DNA from: Alphaproteobacteria bacterium
GTDB lineage: Bacteria > Pseudomonadota > Alphaproteobacteria > UBA7887
Length of the DNA: 64,000 nucleotides
NCBI GenBank assembly: GCA_965216755.1
Contig: CBDCGL010000011.1
Coordinates: 3,626,963 to 3,690,962, forward strand
Reading direction: 5' to 3'
A program made the translations under genes and the position numbers. The notes beneath the pieces are model-generated. The model ran no database searches and was not told the origin of the DNA. It saw only the letters and a program-made list of their open reading frames with translations. Within the stretch, counting starts at the first letter, position 1, and each line of letters starts with the position of its first letter. Below are positions 40,844-48,685 of the stretch, piece after piece.

Positions 40844-41749
40844 ATGACCCTGACCATAACGCCGCTCGATGCGACCCTCGGTGCCGTTGTTCGAGGTGTC
40901 GACTTGGCCTCGATCGACGATACGCAATGGCACCAGATCGAGGACGCGTTTCACCACTTTGCGCTGTTGGTTTTTCCCGACCAAAATTTGGGCGAAGACG
41001 CGCAAATCGCGTTCGCGCGCCGCTTTGGCGAGATCGAATTGTTGCGCCCGGAGTCCGATCAAAAGGCGGTCGAGATCAGCAACAAGAAACCGGACGGTTC
41101 GGTTGTTGCCGCCGACGAGTATCACTACAAGGTGTTGCGCGGCAACGAGGGCTGGCACACGGACAGCTCATATATGCCACTGGCGGCCAAAGCTTCGGTA
41201 TTGTCGGCTCAGGTCGTGCCGCCCGCGGGCGGTGAAACCGAGGTGGCCGACATGCGCGCCGCTTACGACGCGCTCGACCAAGACACCAAGGATCGCATCA
41301 GTACTTTGTCGGCCCATCATTCTCTTTATCAGTCGCAAGCCAAGATCGGCTATGAGATCGAAACCGGCGCTGGCTACGGCTACCACACCAAGGGCGCGCC
41401 GCTGCGCCCCTTGGTGAAGGTACATCCGGTGACTGGCCGCAAGGCCCTGTTCATTGGCCGTCACGCTTTTCGCATACCGGGTCTCGACGACGGCGCGGCG
41501 CAAAAACTGCTGGATGATTTGGTCGCGTTCGCCTGTCAGCCGCCGCGCACTTACACGCATCATTGGCAGGTCGGCGACGTCATCATGTGGGACAACCGCT
41601 GCGTCCTGCATCGGGCACGCCCCTATGATTACGGTGTGCCGCGCGTTCTCAGGCATACCCGTATCGCCGGCGATCCGGCCAGCGAGCTAGCGCCGACCGC
41701 GCCGGACGAACGGGCCAGCGGCTATGAAGCGTCGACGTCAAACCGCTAA
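40844..41749 (+). CDS. TauD/TfdA family Fe(II)/2-oxoglutarate dioxygenase
   Basis: WHTDSSY (HxD facial triad), ...ETEVADM..., downstream His and ...R..RHTRIAG. Confidence 0.85.
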   Translation: MTLTITPLDATLGAVVRGVDLASIDDTQWHQIEDAFHHFALLVFPDQNLGEDAQIAFARRFGEIELLRPESDQKAVEISNKKPDGSVVAADEYHYKVLRGNEGWHTDSSYMPLAAKASVLSAQVVPPAGGETEVADMRAAYDALDQDTKDRISTLSAHHSLYQSQAKIGYEIETGAGYGYHTKGAPLRPLVKVHPVTGRKALFIGRHAFRIPGLDDGAAQKLLDDLVAFACQPPRTYTHHWQVGDVIMWDNRCVLHRARPYDYGVPRVLRHTRIAGDPASELAPTAPDERASGYEASTSNR

Positions 41750-41776
41750 CGCCTTCGGGGCAAAAGGGGCTCCACA

Positions 41777-42865
41777 ATGAAAATCGATCGTCTTGATGTG
41801 GACTTGTTCCGGATCCCCTTACCGGAACCGGTGGAAGCAGCGGCCGCGGGCGTTATCGCCGGTTTCGACATGGTCACCGTCCGCATCACCGACAGCGATG
41901 GCGCCGCCGGCATTGGCTATACGGTTTTGCACCAACACCAAGGCGCGGCCGTCGCAACGATCATTGACAAAGTCTTTCGCGGCATGTTGCGCGACGCCGA
42001 TCCGCGCTTGATCGAACAGCTCTGGCAACGCTTGTGGCGCGCCCACCATTATGCCGGACGCGGCGCGCCGCTGAGCTTTGCGTTGGCCGCGGTGGACACC
42101 GCCCTTTGGGACTTGCGCGGTCGCAGTTTGGGTGAACCCTTGTGGCGCTTGCTGGGCGGTTATGCGCCACGGGTCAAGGCCTATGCCGGCAATATCGATT
42201 TGAATTTTCCCTTGGTGAAACTGTTGGCCGGGGCCAGCGCCAGCCTGGCGCAAGGGCACACGTCGGTCAAAATGCGGCTGGGTCGGCCGAGTTTGCGCGA
42301 AGACATCGCGCGGGTTGCCGCCATGCGCGAACATCTCGGCCCGGATATCGAGCTTATGGCCGATGCCAACGAAGCCTGGCGGGTCGATCAAGCGGCGCGC
42401 GCGCTGAACGCGTTGCAGGCGTTTGACTTGGTGTGGCTCGAGGAACCCATCGCGCCCGATAATTTCGCCGGCTATGCACATTTGCGCCGTCTCGGCCGGA
42501 TTCCGTTGGCGGCCGGAGAGAACCTGCACACGGTGGCTGAGTTCGCCCAATTGATCGCTGCCGGGGGCGTCGATTTTCCCGAACCTGATCTGACCACATG
42601 CGGCGGCATTACACCCTTCATGAAAATCGCGCGGCTGGCTCAGGCGCATGACCTGCCCGTGATTTCGCACGGGGCACACGACGTGCACGTGCACTTGTTG
42701 GCGGCGTGCCCGAATGGCGCTTACCTGGAGATACACGGCTTCGGGCTTGAGAAGTTCATGGCCACGCCGATGGTCGTGTCGGACGGCCATGCGGTGGCGC
42801 CCGATCGACCGGGTCACGGCATCGATTTCGATATGGGCGGTCTGGCCGTCTATCGCGTGGATTGA
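41777..42865 (+). CDS. mandelate racemase/muconate lactonizing enzyme family (enolase superfamily) protein
   Basis: KMRLG...MADANEAW...WLEEP...AAGENL metal-ligand spacing (D, E, E/D) is typical of the MR subgroup. Confidence 0.85.
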   Translation: MKIDRLDVDLFRIPLPEPVEAAAAGVIAGFDMVTVRITDSDGAAGIGYTVLHQHQGAAVATIIDKVFRGMLRDADPRLIEQLWQRLWRAHHYAGRGAPLSFALAAVDTALWDLRGRSLGEPLWRLLGGYAPRVKAYAGNIDLNFPLVKLLAGASASLAQGHTSVKMRLGRPSLREDIARVAAMREHLGPDIELMADANEAWRVDQAARALNALQAFDLVWLEEPIAPDNFAGYAHLRRLGRIPLAAGENLHTVAEFAQLIAAGGVDFPEPDLTTCGGITPFMKIARLAQAHDLPVISHGAHDVHVHLLAACPNGAYLEIHGFGLEKFMATPMVVSDGHAVAPDRPGHGIDFDMGGLAVYRVD

Positions 42866-42890
42866 GGGTCCGAGCGATGGCGTATCGAGC

Positions 42891-43808
42891 GTGGACGAGC
42901 TTGAGCCGATTACAAACGTGACCTTTTTTCCGGGCTTTGAACTGCGGCATGTTGCCGTGCCTGGCGGCACGCTCAGATTGCGTCGGGGTGGCAATGGCCC
43001 ACCGCTGTTGTTGCTGCACGGCAATCCGCAGACTCATGCCATGTGGCATCGGATCGCGCCACGTCTCGCCGACAACTTCGACGTGGTTTGCCCCGACTTG
43101 CGCGGCTATGGCGGGTCGTTCAAGCCGGCGGCCAGCGCCGATCACGCGCCCTATGCCAAACGGGAAATGGCGAATGACATGGTGGCGTTGATGTCGGCTC
43201 TTGGTCACGAGGGCTTCCATTTGGTCGGCCACGACCGTGGCGCGCGGGTCGCCCATCGCCTGGCGCTCGACCATCCGCGTTCCGTGGGCAAATTGGCGCT
43301 GCTCGATATCGTGCCGACGCTCGAGCATTTCGAGCGCGCCGACATGGCCTTTGGTCTGGGCTACTACCACTGGTTCTGGTTGGCCCAGCCGCACCCCTTT
43401 CCGGAGACTCTGATCAACGCGGCACCCGAGGCCTGGTTCCACGCCCATACATCGCGGGAGCCGAAGCCCGACGATTTTTTCGATCGCGCTGCGCGCGCCG
43501 ATTATCTGTCGGCGGTGCGCCAGCCGGCGATGATCACGGCCATGTGCGAGGATTATCGTGCCGCCGCGTCGATCGATTTGGTTCACGATCGCGAAAGCCG
43601 CGCGCGTGGCGACAAGATCCAGTGCCCGTTGCTTGTGCTGTGGGGATCCAAAGGCAGAATCGGCCAATGGTATGATCCGCTGCCGCTGTGGTCGTCCTAC
43701 AGTGCTCGCCCGGTCACCGGCGGCGCGGTCGAGAGTGGCCATTATCTGGCGGAAGAAGCGCCGGCGACAGTGCTCGATCACCTGGTGCGGTTCTTGGACG
43801 ATCGGTGA
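42891..43808 (+). CDS. fluoroacetate/haloacetate dehalogenase-like alpha/beta hydrolase
   Basis: Close to my recollection of R. palustris RPA1163: PPLLLLHGNPQTHAMWHR, GHDRGARV (Asp nucleophile plus Arg pair), YYHWFWLAQP (His-Trp halide site), CEDYRAA, ESGHYLAEEAP. GTG start at 42891 (alternative 42918). Confidence 0.8.
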   Translation: MDELEPITNVTFFPGFELRHVAVPGGTLRLRRGGNGPPLLLLHGNPQTHAMWHRIAPRLADNFDVVCPDLRGYGGSFKPAASADHAPYAKREMANDMVALMSALGHEGFHLVGHDRGARVAHRLALDHPRSVGKLALLDIVPTLEHFERADMAFGLGYYHWFWLAQPHPFPETLINAAPEAWFHAHTSREPKPDDFFDRAARADYLSAVRQPAMITAMCEDYRAAASIDLVHDRESRARGDKIQCPLLVLWGSKGRIGQWYDPLPLWSSYSARPVTGGAVESGHYLAEEAPATVLDHLVRFLDDR

Positions 43809-43886
43809 CAGCTTACTAAATATGCTAAATAGAGCCGCTCCAAAACATAGGCATGCAAAATGTAGTGTATTTAGTAAACTGTCACC
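43804..43886. repeat. AT-rich palindromic element copy 1 (MITE/REP-like), ~19-bp terminal inverted repeats
   Basis: GGTGACAGCTTACTAAATA...TATTTAGTAAACTGTCACC with one mismatch between arms. The left arm contains the dehalogenase stop codon. A second copy is at 60458..60539. Confidence 0.8.
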
Positions 43887-44043
43887 AGAACTAAGCCACT
43901 GGCATGTCGACTATGATTCGCGACGGTGGTCGGGGCTCTGACGACAACCGCCTATGGGGCGATACCAGCGCTGCCCGGTCGCGCGCAGGTTGACGCAACC
44001 CGCGCCGTGCCGACCTGACAAATCTCACAGACGAAGAGACGCC

Positions 44044-44865
44044 TCAGTCCGGCCAGACGACATTGGCGGACAAATCAGGCCAGCCGATCGGTGCACCCGC
44101 CTTTTCCGCGGCTTCGGCGGGATCAATTCTCGGATCCCAATGGCCACCGACAAAGCGACGGCCGGTCACCCGATCTGCCGCTTGTGACACCAACCAGCGC
44201 AAGGGCGGCCCCATCACTTCGGGGCGCAACATTTTGGATCGGTCCAACTTTGAGCCCGCGCCGATAAACGGCGTATCGGTGGGGCCGCCCGGGACCAATA
44301 CATTGACCGTCACCCCCGTGCCGTCCAGCTCTGCCGCCCAAACCGCCGACGCAGCTTCCAAGGCCGCTTTCGAGGCGCCATAGGGCAGCAGGCGCAACAT
44401 GGTGAAAAAACTGGTGGTGTTATTGATTACGCGTCCCCAGCCGCGTTTCGCCATATGCGGCGTCGCCAGGCGCGTCAACATGAACGGCCCGGCGACATTG
44501 ACATCGAAAAAGCGCCGCCATGTGTCGGGCGTGATCTCGGCCAGGCCGGGGTGGTTGGTTTCGGCGTCTGGACGGATCGAACTTGCGCCAATCCCGGCAT
44601 TGTTGATCAGCACATCCAGCGACCCAAATCGGTCGAGGACATGGTCGATCGCCCGCGCGCAGTCGGCCGCATCGGCGACGTCGCCCAGCACTGCCGATGT
44701 GCGCGCGCCTAATGTGGCGGCAACCGCCTCTGCGGCGCTTTGCGGCAAGTCCATCAACACGACCCTGACTCCGTCGGCCAAAAGGCTGTCGGCCATGGCT
44801 TGCCCAATGCCTCCGGCGCCGCCTGTGATCAAGGCAACACGGCCGTTTTGCGTTTCACTTGTCAT
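44044..44865 (-). CDS. SDR family oxidoreductase
   Basis: TGGAGGIG cofactor motif, NNAG, and YGASKAAL catalytic YxxxK. Confidence 0.9.
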   Translation of the reverse strand: MTSETQNGRVALITGGAGGIGQAMADSLLADGVRVVLMDLPQSAAEAVAATLGARTSAVLGDVADAADCARAIDHVLDRFGSLDVLINNAGIGASSIRPDAETNHPGLAEITPDTWRRFFDVNVAGPFMLTRLATPHMAKRGWGRVINNTTSFFTMLRLLPYGASKAALEAASAVWAAELDGTGVTVNVLVPGGPTDTPFIGAGSKLDRSKMLRPEVMGPPLRWLVSQAADRVTGRRFVGGHWDPRIDPAEAAEKAGAPIGWPDLSANVVWPD

Positions 44866-44949
44866 GGGTTGCGCTCACTCGCTCGTGCTGGATCGGTGCA
44901 CAGCCTATCGCCGTGTCACGTCTGAGTCTCGCCGTCTACGGTATCACCC

Positions 44950-45969
44950 TCAGGCACTTTCGCGACGGACGATCTCAAAGCCGAAATCAAGCCGTGCGGG
45001 ATGCGCGGTGACCGCGCTCAGCCGATCCAAGATGACCTGGGCGGCGGTTCGCCCGATATCGTAACGGGCAATGCGCACGGTGGTCAGCGCCGGCACCGTT
45101 TGGGCGGCGATCTCGAAATCCCCGAACCCGGCAATTGCGATCCGTCCGGGCACCGGCCAGCCGCGCCGCTGGCAGGCAAACAACGCGCCGGCGGCGGCAC
45201 TGTCACTGGCCGCGAACACCGCTTCGGTCGCCGGGTGATCTGACAGCAACGCTTCAACGGCGCGCCCGGCGGCAGCCATATGATGGCTGTCGACGCTGAT
45301 CGTGCGCGCGTGGTCCGATAGACCATGTGCCGCGAGGCAGCGTTGATATCCGGATTGGCGCGCGACGCTGCGCGATTCATCGGACCTGCCCAGAAATGCA
45401 ATCCGCTGATAGCCGGCCGCGACCAAGGCTTCGGTCATGGCGTAGCCGGCAGCCTGGTTGGAAAAGCCGACGACACTATCGATGGGTGTATCGGTCAATG
45501 TCCAGGTCTCGACCACGGGCAACCGGGCTTGCAGAAGCATGTCGCGCAAAGCGCCGGTGTGTGCGGCGCCGGTCAGAATGAGCCCGTCGGGGCGCCGGCC
45601 GAGCATGGCGCGCGCCAATCGTTCTTCGCCAGCGAGCGAATAGCGCGATTCACCGATGATCAGTTGGTAACCCGCGGCGCCTATACAGTCAGAGATCCCT
45701 TGAACGCTGTCGTCGAATATGGAGCTGGCCACCGTTGGCACGATGACGGCAATAATCCCGCTGTGCCGTGACGCCAGGCTGGAGGCGACCAAATCGGGCA
45801 CATAGCCAAGATCGTGCATCGCCGCTTCGACCCGTTGGCGCGTGGCCGCGGCAACCTTGTCAGGCGCCCGCAAGGCGCGCGACACGGTCATCGCAGAAAC
45901 ACCGGCCAGCGCTGCGACGGCTTTCATATCAGGACGCTGCCGCGCGGCGCTTCGCTCGGTTCTGGCCAT
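44950..45969 (-). CDS. LacI family transcriptional regulator
   Basis: MKAVAALAGVSAMTVSRAL HTH plus a periplasmic-binding-protein-like effector domain. Confidence 0.9.
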   Translation of the reverse strand: MARTERSAARQRPDMKAVAALAGVSAMTVSRALRAPDKVAAATRQRVEAAMHDLGYVPDLVASSLASRHSGIIAVIVPTVASSIFDDSVQGISDCIGAAGYQLIIGESRYSLAGEERLARAMLGRRPDGLILTGAAHTGALRDMLLQARLPVVETWTLTDTPIDSVVGFSNQAAGYAMTEALVAAGYQRIAFLGRSDESRSVARQSGYQRCLAAHGLSDHARTISVDSHHMAAAGRAVEALLSDHPATEAVFAASDSAAAGALFACQRRGWPVPGRIAIAGFGDFEIAAQTVPALTTVRIARYDIGRTAAQVILDRLSAVTAHPARLDFGFEIVRRESA

Positions 45970-46002
45970 TGTGGACAGGGCGTGTCGGCCGGGTGGCCTT
46001 GC

Positions 46003-46863
46003 CTAGCTCAGCAAGTGCGGGCGTCCGGTGGCGCGCTGGTTCTCGTAAATCGACCCTTGATGGATGGCCGGCGGAAATGGCATGCGCACCGGCACCGGCT
46101 CAAGCCGCGGTTCGACCGACGGCGCGCCCGTCAACAGCAGCGACTTAAAATAGTCCGGGTCCAAGGTCTCGTGGATCGGCCATGCATCGGCGGCCCGATA
46201 CTGATGCAGCAACAAGCGGCGCGGCCCGTGCGAGAGATTGGGCGTAGACCCATGCACAATGCGAACATGGTGGATGCTGATGGCGCCGGCCCGGCCGGTC
46301 AGCGGTACCGCTTGAGCATACAGTGGATCGGCCGCCGCATCGGTGATGGCGCCGCAAAACCGCCCATCCGCATGGTGATCGTAGATCGGCCCGCGGTGGC
46401 TGCCGGGCACGACCATGAGCGGGCCGTTTTCTAGCGTCACGTCGTCGAGCATGAACCCAACGGCGCACAAATCATCGTTGGTGTGCGGGTAAAACGCCCA
46501 ATCTTGATGCCATTCGACGGCCGCGCCACCCGCCGCCGCTTTGACGTTCAGCTTACTGTTGTCAAAACGGACACCGGGTCCAATCAACGCTTCCATGACT
46601 TCTAGGACAAGCGGATGGGTGACCATGGCGTGATAGGTCTTGTGCCATTTGTGCGGCGTCTTGATGCGCCGCACCCGCGGCTGATCGGGCTTGTGATCAT
46701 CTTCCAAGTCATAGACTTCGTTATGGGCGGTGACGTCGCCCGACTGGCGAATAAGCGCATCGGTCGTCGCGCGTAGGCGGTCGATCTCGTCGGCACCCAA
46801 CACGTCGTCCACAACCAAATATCCGTTCTCGCGATAAAATGTGACGTCGGCGTCAGCGAGCAT
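46003..46863 (-). CDS. phytanoyl-CoA dioxygenase (PhyH) family protein
   Basis: FYRENGYLVVDDVL..., WHQDWAFYPHTNDD (HxD) and a distal His ...ISIHHVRIVHGS. Start at the ATG at 46863. Confidence 0.8.
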   Translation of the reverse strand: MLADADVTFYRENGYLVVDDVLGADEIDRLRATTDALIRQSGDVTAHNEVYDLEDDHKPDQPRVRRIKTPHKWHKTYHAMVTHPLVLEVMEALIGPGVRFDNSKLNVKAAAGGAAVEWHQDWAFYPHTNDDLCAVGFMLDDVTLENGPLMVVPGSHRGPIYDHHADGRFCGAITDAAADPLYAQAVPLTGRAGAISIHHVRIVHGSTPNLSHGPRRLLLHQYRAADAWPIHETLDPDYFKSLLLTGAPSVEPRLEPVPVRMPFPPAIHQGSIYENQRATGRPHLLS

Positions 46864-47090
46864 CGGCGTTTCTCCAACCTTCGTATCCGACCCTAGGGCG
46901 CGCCCGCACGTTAGCGCTAACATTGGCCCAAGACAAGAGCTGACTGACGCACCCCGGCTGGCCATGGCTGTCTCCGGGTTTGTTCAATAAGTCAAACGTG
47001 TAGGTCGAAGATTTGGTGTCAGAAAGTTTACACGGGACCTGACCCGGTTCGTCGTGCGCATGTGGCGAGGCTGCGTCATACGCTGGTTTC

Positions 47091-47121
47091 AAAAACCGCC
47101 AAATTCAGCTCTTTTTGGCGG
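47091..47121 (-). terminator. hairpin plus T-run (read on the minus strand) inside the long intergenic region
   Basis: Minus strand: CCGCCAAA-N10-TTTGGCGG followed by TTTTT. No annotated minus-strand gene lies upstream of it. Confidence 0.35.
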
Positions 47122-47292
47122 CTGTCGGGTGGCCGGATCAGGGCCGTCGCCGGCACCGCCCGCGGCTTTTCCGGTTGATCGTTAACTTTTGCGTTTCGGC
47201 GTTGAAACAAACGTCGCGCGGCTATCGCTTAACTCTGTGAGGTATTTCTAATTTCTAAAATGAAATCAATTAAATAGTAATTTTTCGAAAAT

Positions 47293-47308
47293 TGGCACGG
47301 GTCTTGCT
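47293..47308 (+). promoter_or_regulatory. sigma-54 (-24/-12) promoter
   Basis: TGGCACG-GGTC-TTGCT exactly fits TGGCACG-N4-TTGCW. It lies about 145 nt upstream of the ATG at 47453 and directly follows the only strongly AT-rich stretch in the window (47236..47290). Confidence 0.75.
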
Positions 47309-47452
47309 GGGAAGGGGCCGCTAGGTAGTGAGGCGCACGACGCTGTTCATGACCTGGGGGGTCTTGGCGTGTGTCGACAAAGGGAACGCAACAAGCCAGA
47401 CACGCGCGATGGCCCCGCTCATGAGGACATAGGGACCTAGGAGAACAAAATA

Positions 47453-48640
47453 ATGAGGACCGGTACCTTGCTTTCCGCAGCCTCGGTCTTGGCGTTCAGC
47501 ATCGCGCTGAGCGGCACCGCCGCAGGTCAGACGCTCGACGACAACCAGCTCAATGTTGGCGCGTTGTTTGGGCAAGCAAATGGCAACGCAAATGATCGCA
47601 GCCGCGCAGACAACGACTTCATCGACGCCGACGTAACGCTGACCGACAACAATGCCGGGTTCGGCAACGCGTCGGGCGGCAGCACGGCCGACAATGACGG
47701 CATCGACAATAAGGGTGGCACGATCGACAACGATGGCTACGACATCGACGTCAAAGATGTCACCGTCAAGGCTTCCAACGTCGAAGACAGCAACAACAGC
47801 AACGCCCTGTATTGGTGGTACAACTCGCTCAACACCGTGAATGTCGATCACAGTATTCACGACAACATCGCGATGCTCAGCCGCACCGATCTCGAAGCCA
47901 TGGTGTCGGGCGTCAACATGTTCAACCTGAACGCCCATGGCGCGGCCACCGGCGGTGCCGGCCTCGCGTATGCTGGCGGCGAAGCCAATGCGAAAGCCAA
48001 GGGCAAGGTCAAAGCCAAAGCTGACGGCGACTCGACGGCGCGCAACAAAAACCGCACCGACGCCGACTCTGGCGGATTCGCGCTGGGCGCGGCCGGCGGC
48101 AACACGGGCGGCGACGCCACCAACACGGCCGGCAGCTCGACGGCCCATGGCGGCGGTGCACTCAACGCCACCGATGGTACGGCAGCCGGAATCTTCATCG
48201 GCTTTGCGGCGAACAAGACCGAATCCACGGACGGCAGCGGCGACGCGGCCGGCGCGTCGGGTGCGGGCGGCACGGCAGCCGGCGATGCCGGCGATGTCGG
48301 CGACACCTTGGGACTCGCGGTGGTCGATGCCGACGCCACGTCAGGTGCGGCCAAGGCCGACGCCAAGTCCGGCAATATCGGCAACATGGCAGCAGCCGGT
48401 AACACTTCCAGCGCGGACGCCAGCAACAACTCGGCAGCGACCATCGAAGGTGGCACGCAAACAACAACCCTGGATGTCAACTTCGCCACCGGCAGCATCT
48501 CCAGCATGATCAGTGATCTGCGCGGCATCAACCCGATCGTTCAGAACACTGGCTTTGCTTCCAACCAAAACGTCTCGATCAGCGTCAACGCGATGGTCGC
48601 CAGCGTCAACGGCGGCGGCACCATCGGTAGCGGCCGCTAA
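47453..48640 (+). CDS. secreted Gly/Ala/Asn/Asp/Thr-rich protein of unknown family (paralog A)
   Basis: AGGAG RBS, Sec signal peptide (…SIALSGTAAG), 395 aa, no Cys. Alignable end-to-end with the downstream gene. Confidence 0.8.
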   Translation: MRTGTLLSAASVLAFSIALSGTAAGQTLDDNQLNVGALFGQANGNANDRSRADNDFIDADVTLTDNNAGFGNASGGSTADNDGIDNKGGTIDNDGYDIDVKDVTVKASNVEDSNNSNALYWWYNSLNTVNVDHSIHDNIAMLSRTDLEAMVSGVNMFNLNAHGAATGGAGLAYAGGEANAKAKGKVKAKADGDSTARNKNRTDADSGGFALGAAGGNTGGDATNTAGSSTAHGGGALNATDGTAAGIFIGFAANKTESTDGSGDAAGASGAGGTAAGDAGDVGDTLGLAVVDADATSGAAKADAKSGNIGNMAAAGNTSSADASNNSAATIEGGTQTTTLDVNFATGSISSMISDLRGINPIVQNTGFASNQNVSISVNAMVASVNGGGTIGSGR

Positions 48641-48685
48641 TCGATTGTCGTCAAAGGTTTGAAGCAGGCTCTCTAGGAGGCAAAA

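Noticed and set aside
41819-43781. 401-aa and 341-aa minus-strand ORFs opposite the enolase-superfamily and dehalogenase genes
   Set aside because: Shadow ORFs. The plus-strand genes have diagnostic catalytic motifs, while the minus-strand translations are Arg-rich with no recognisable domains.
47264-47276. Possible IHF site AATCAATTAAATA in the AT-rich tract upstream of the sigma-54 promoter
   Set aside because: It only partially fits WATCAANNNNTTR, because the TTR part reads ATA. I kept it as context in the promoter finding rather than as a called feature.
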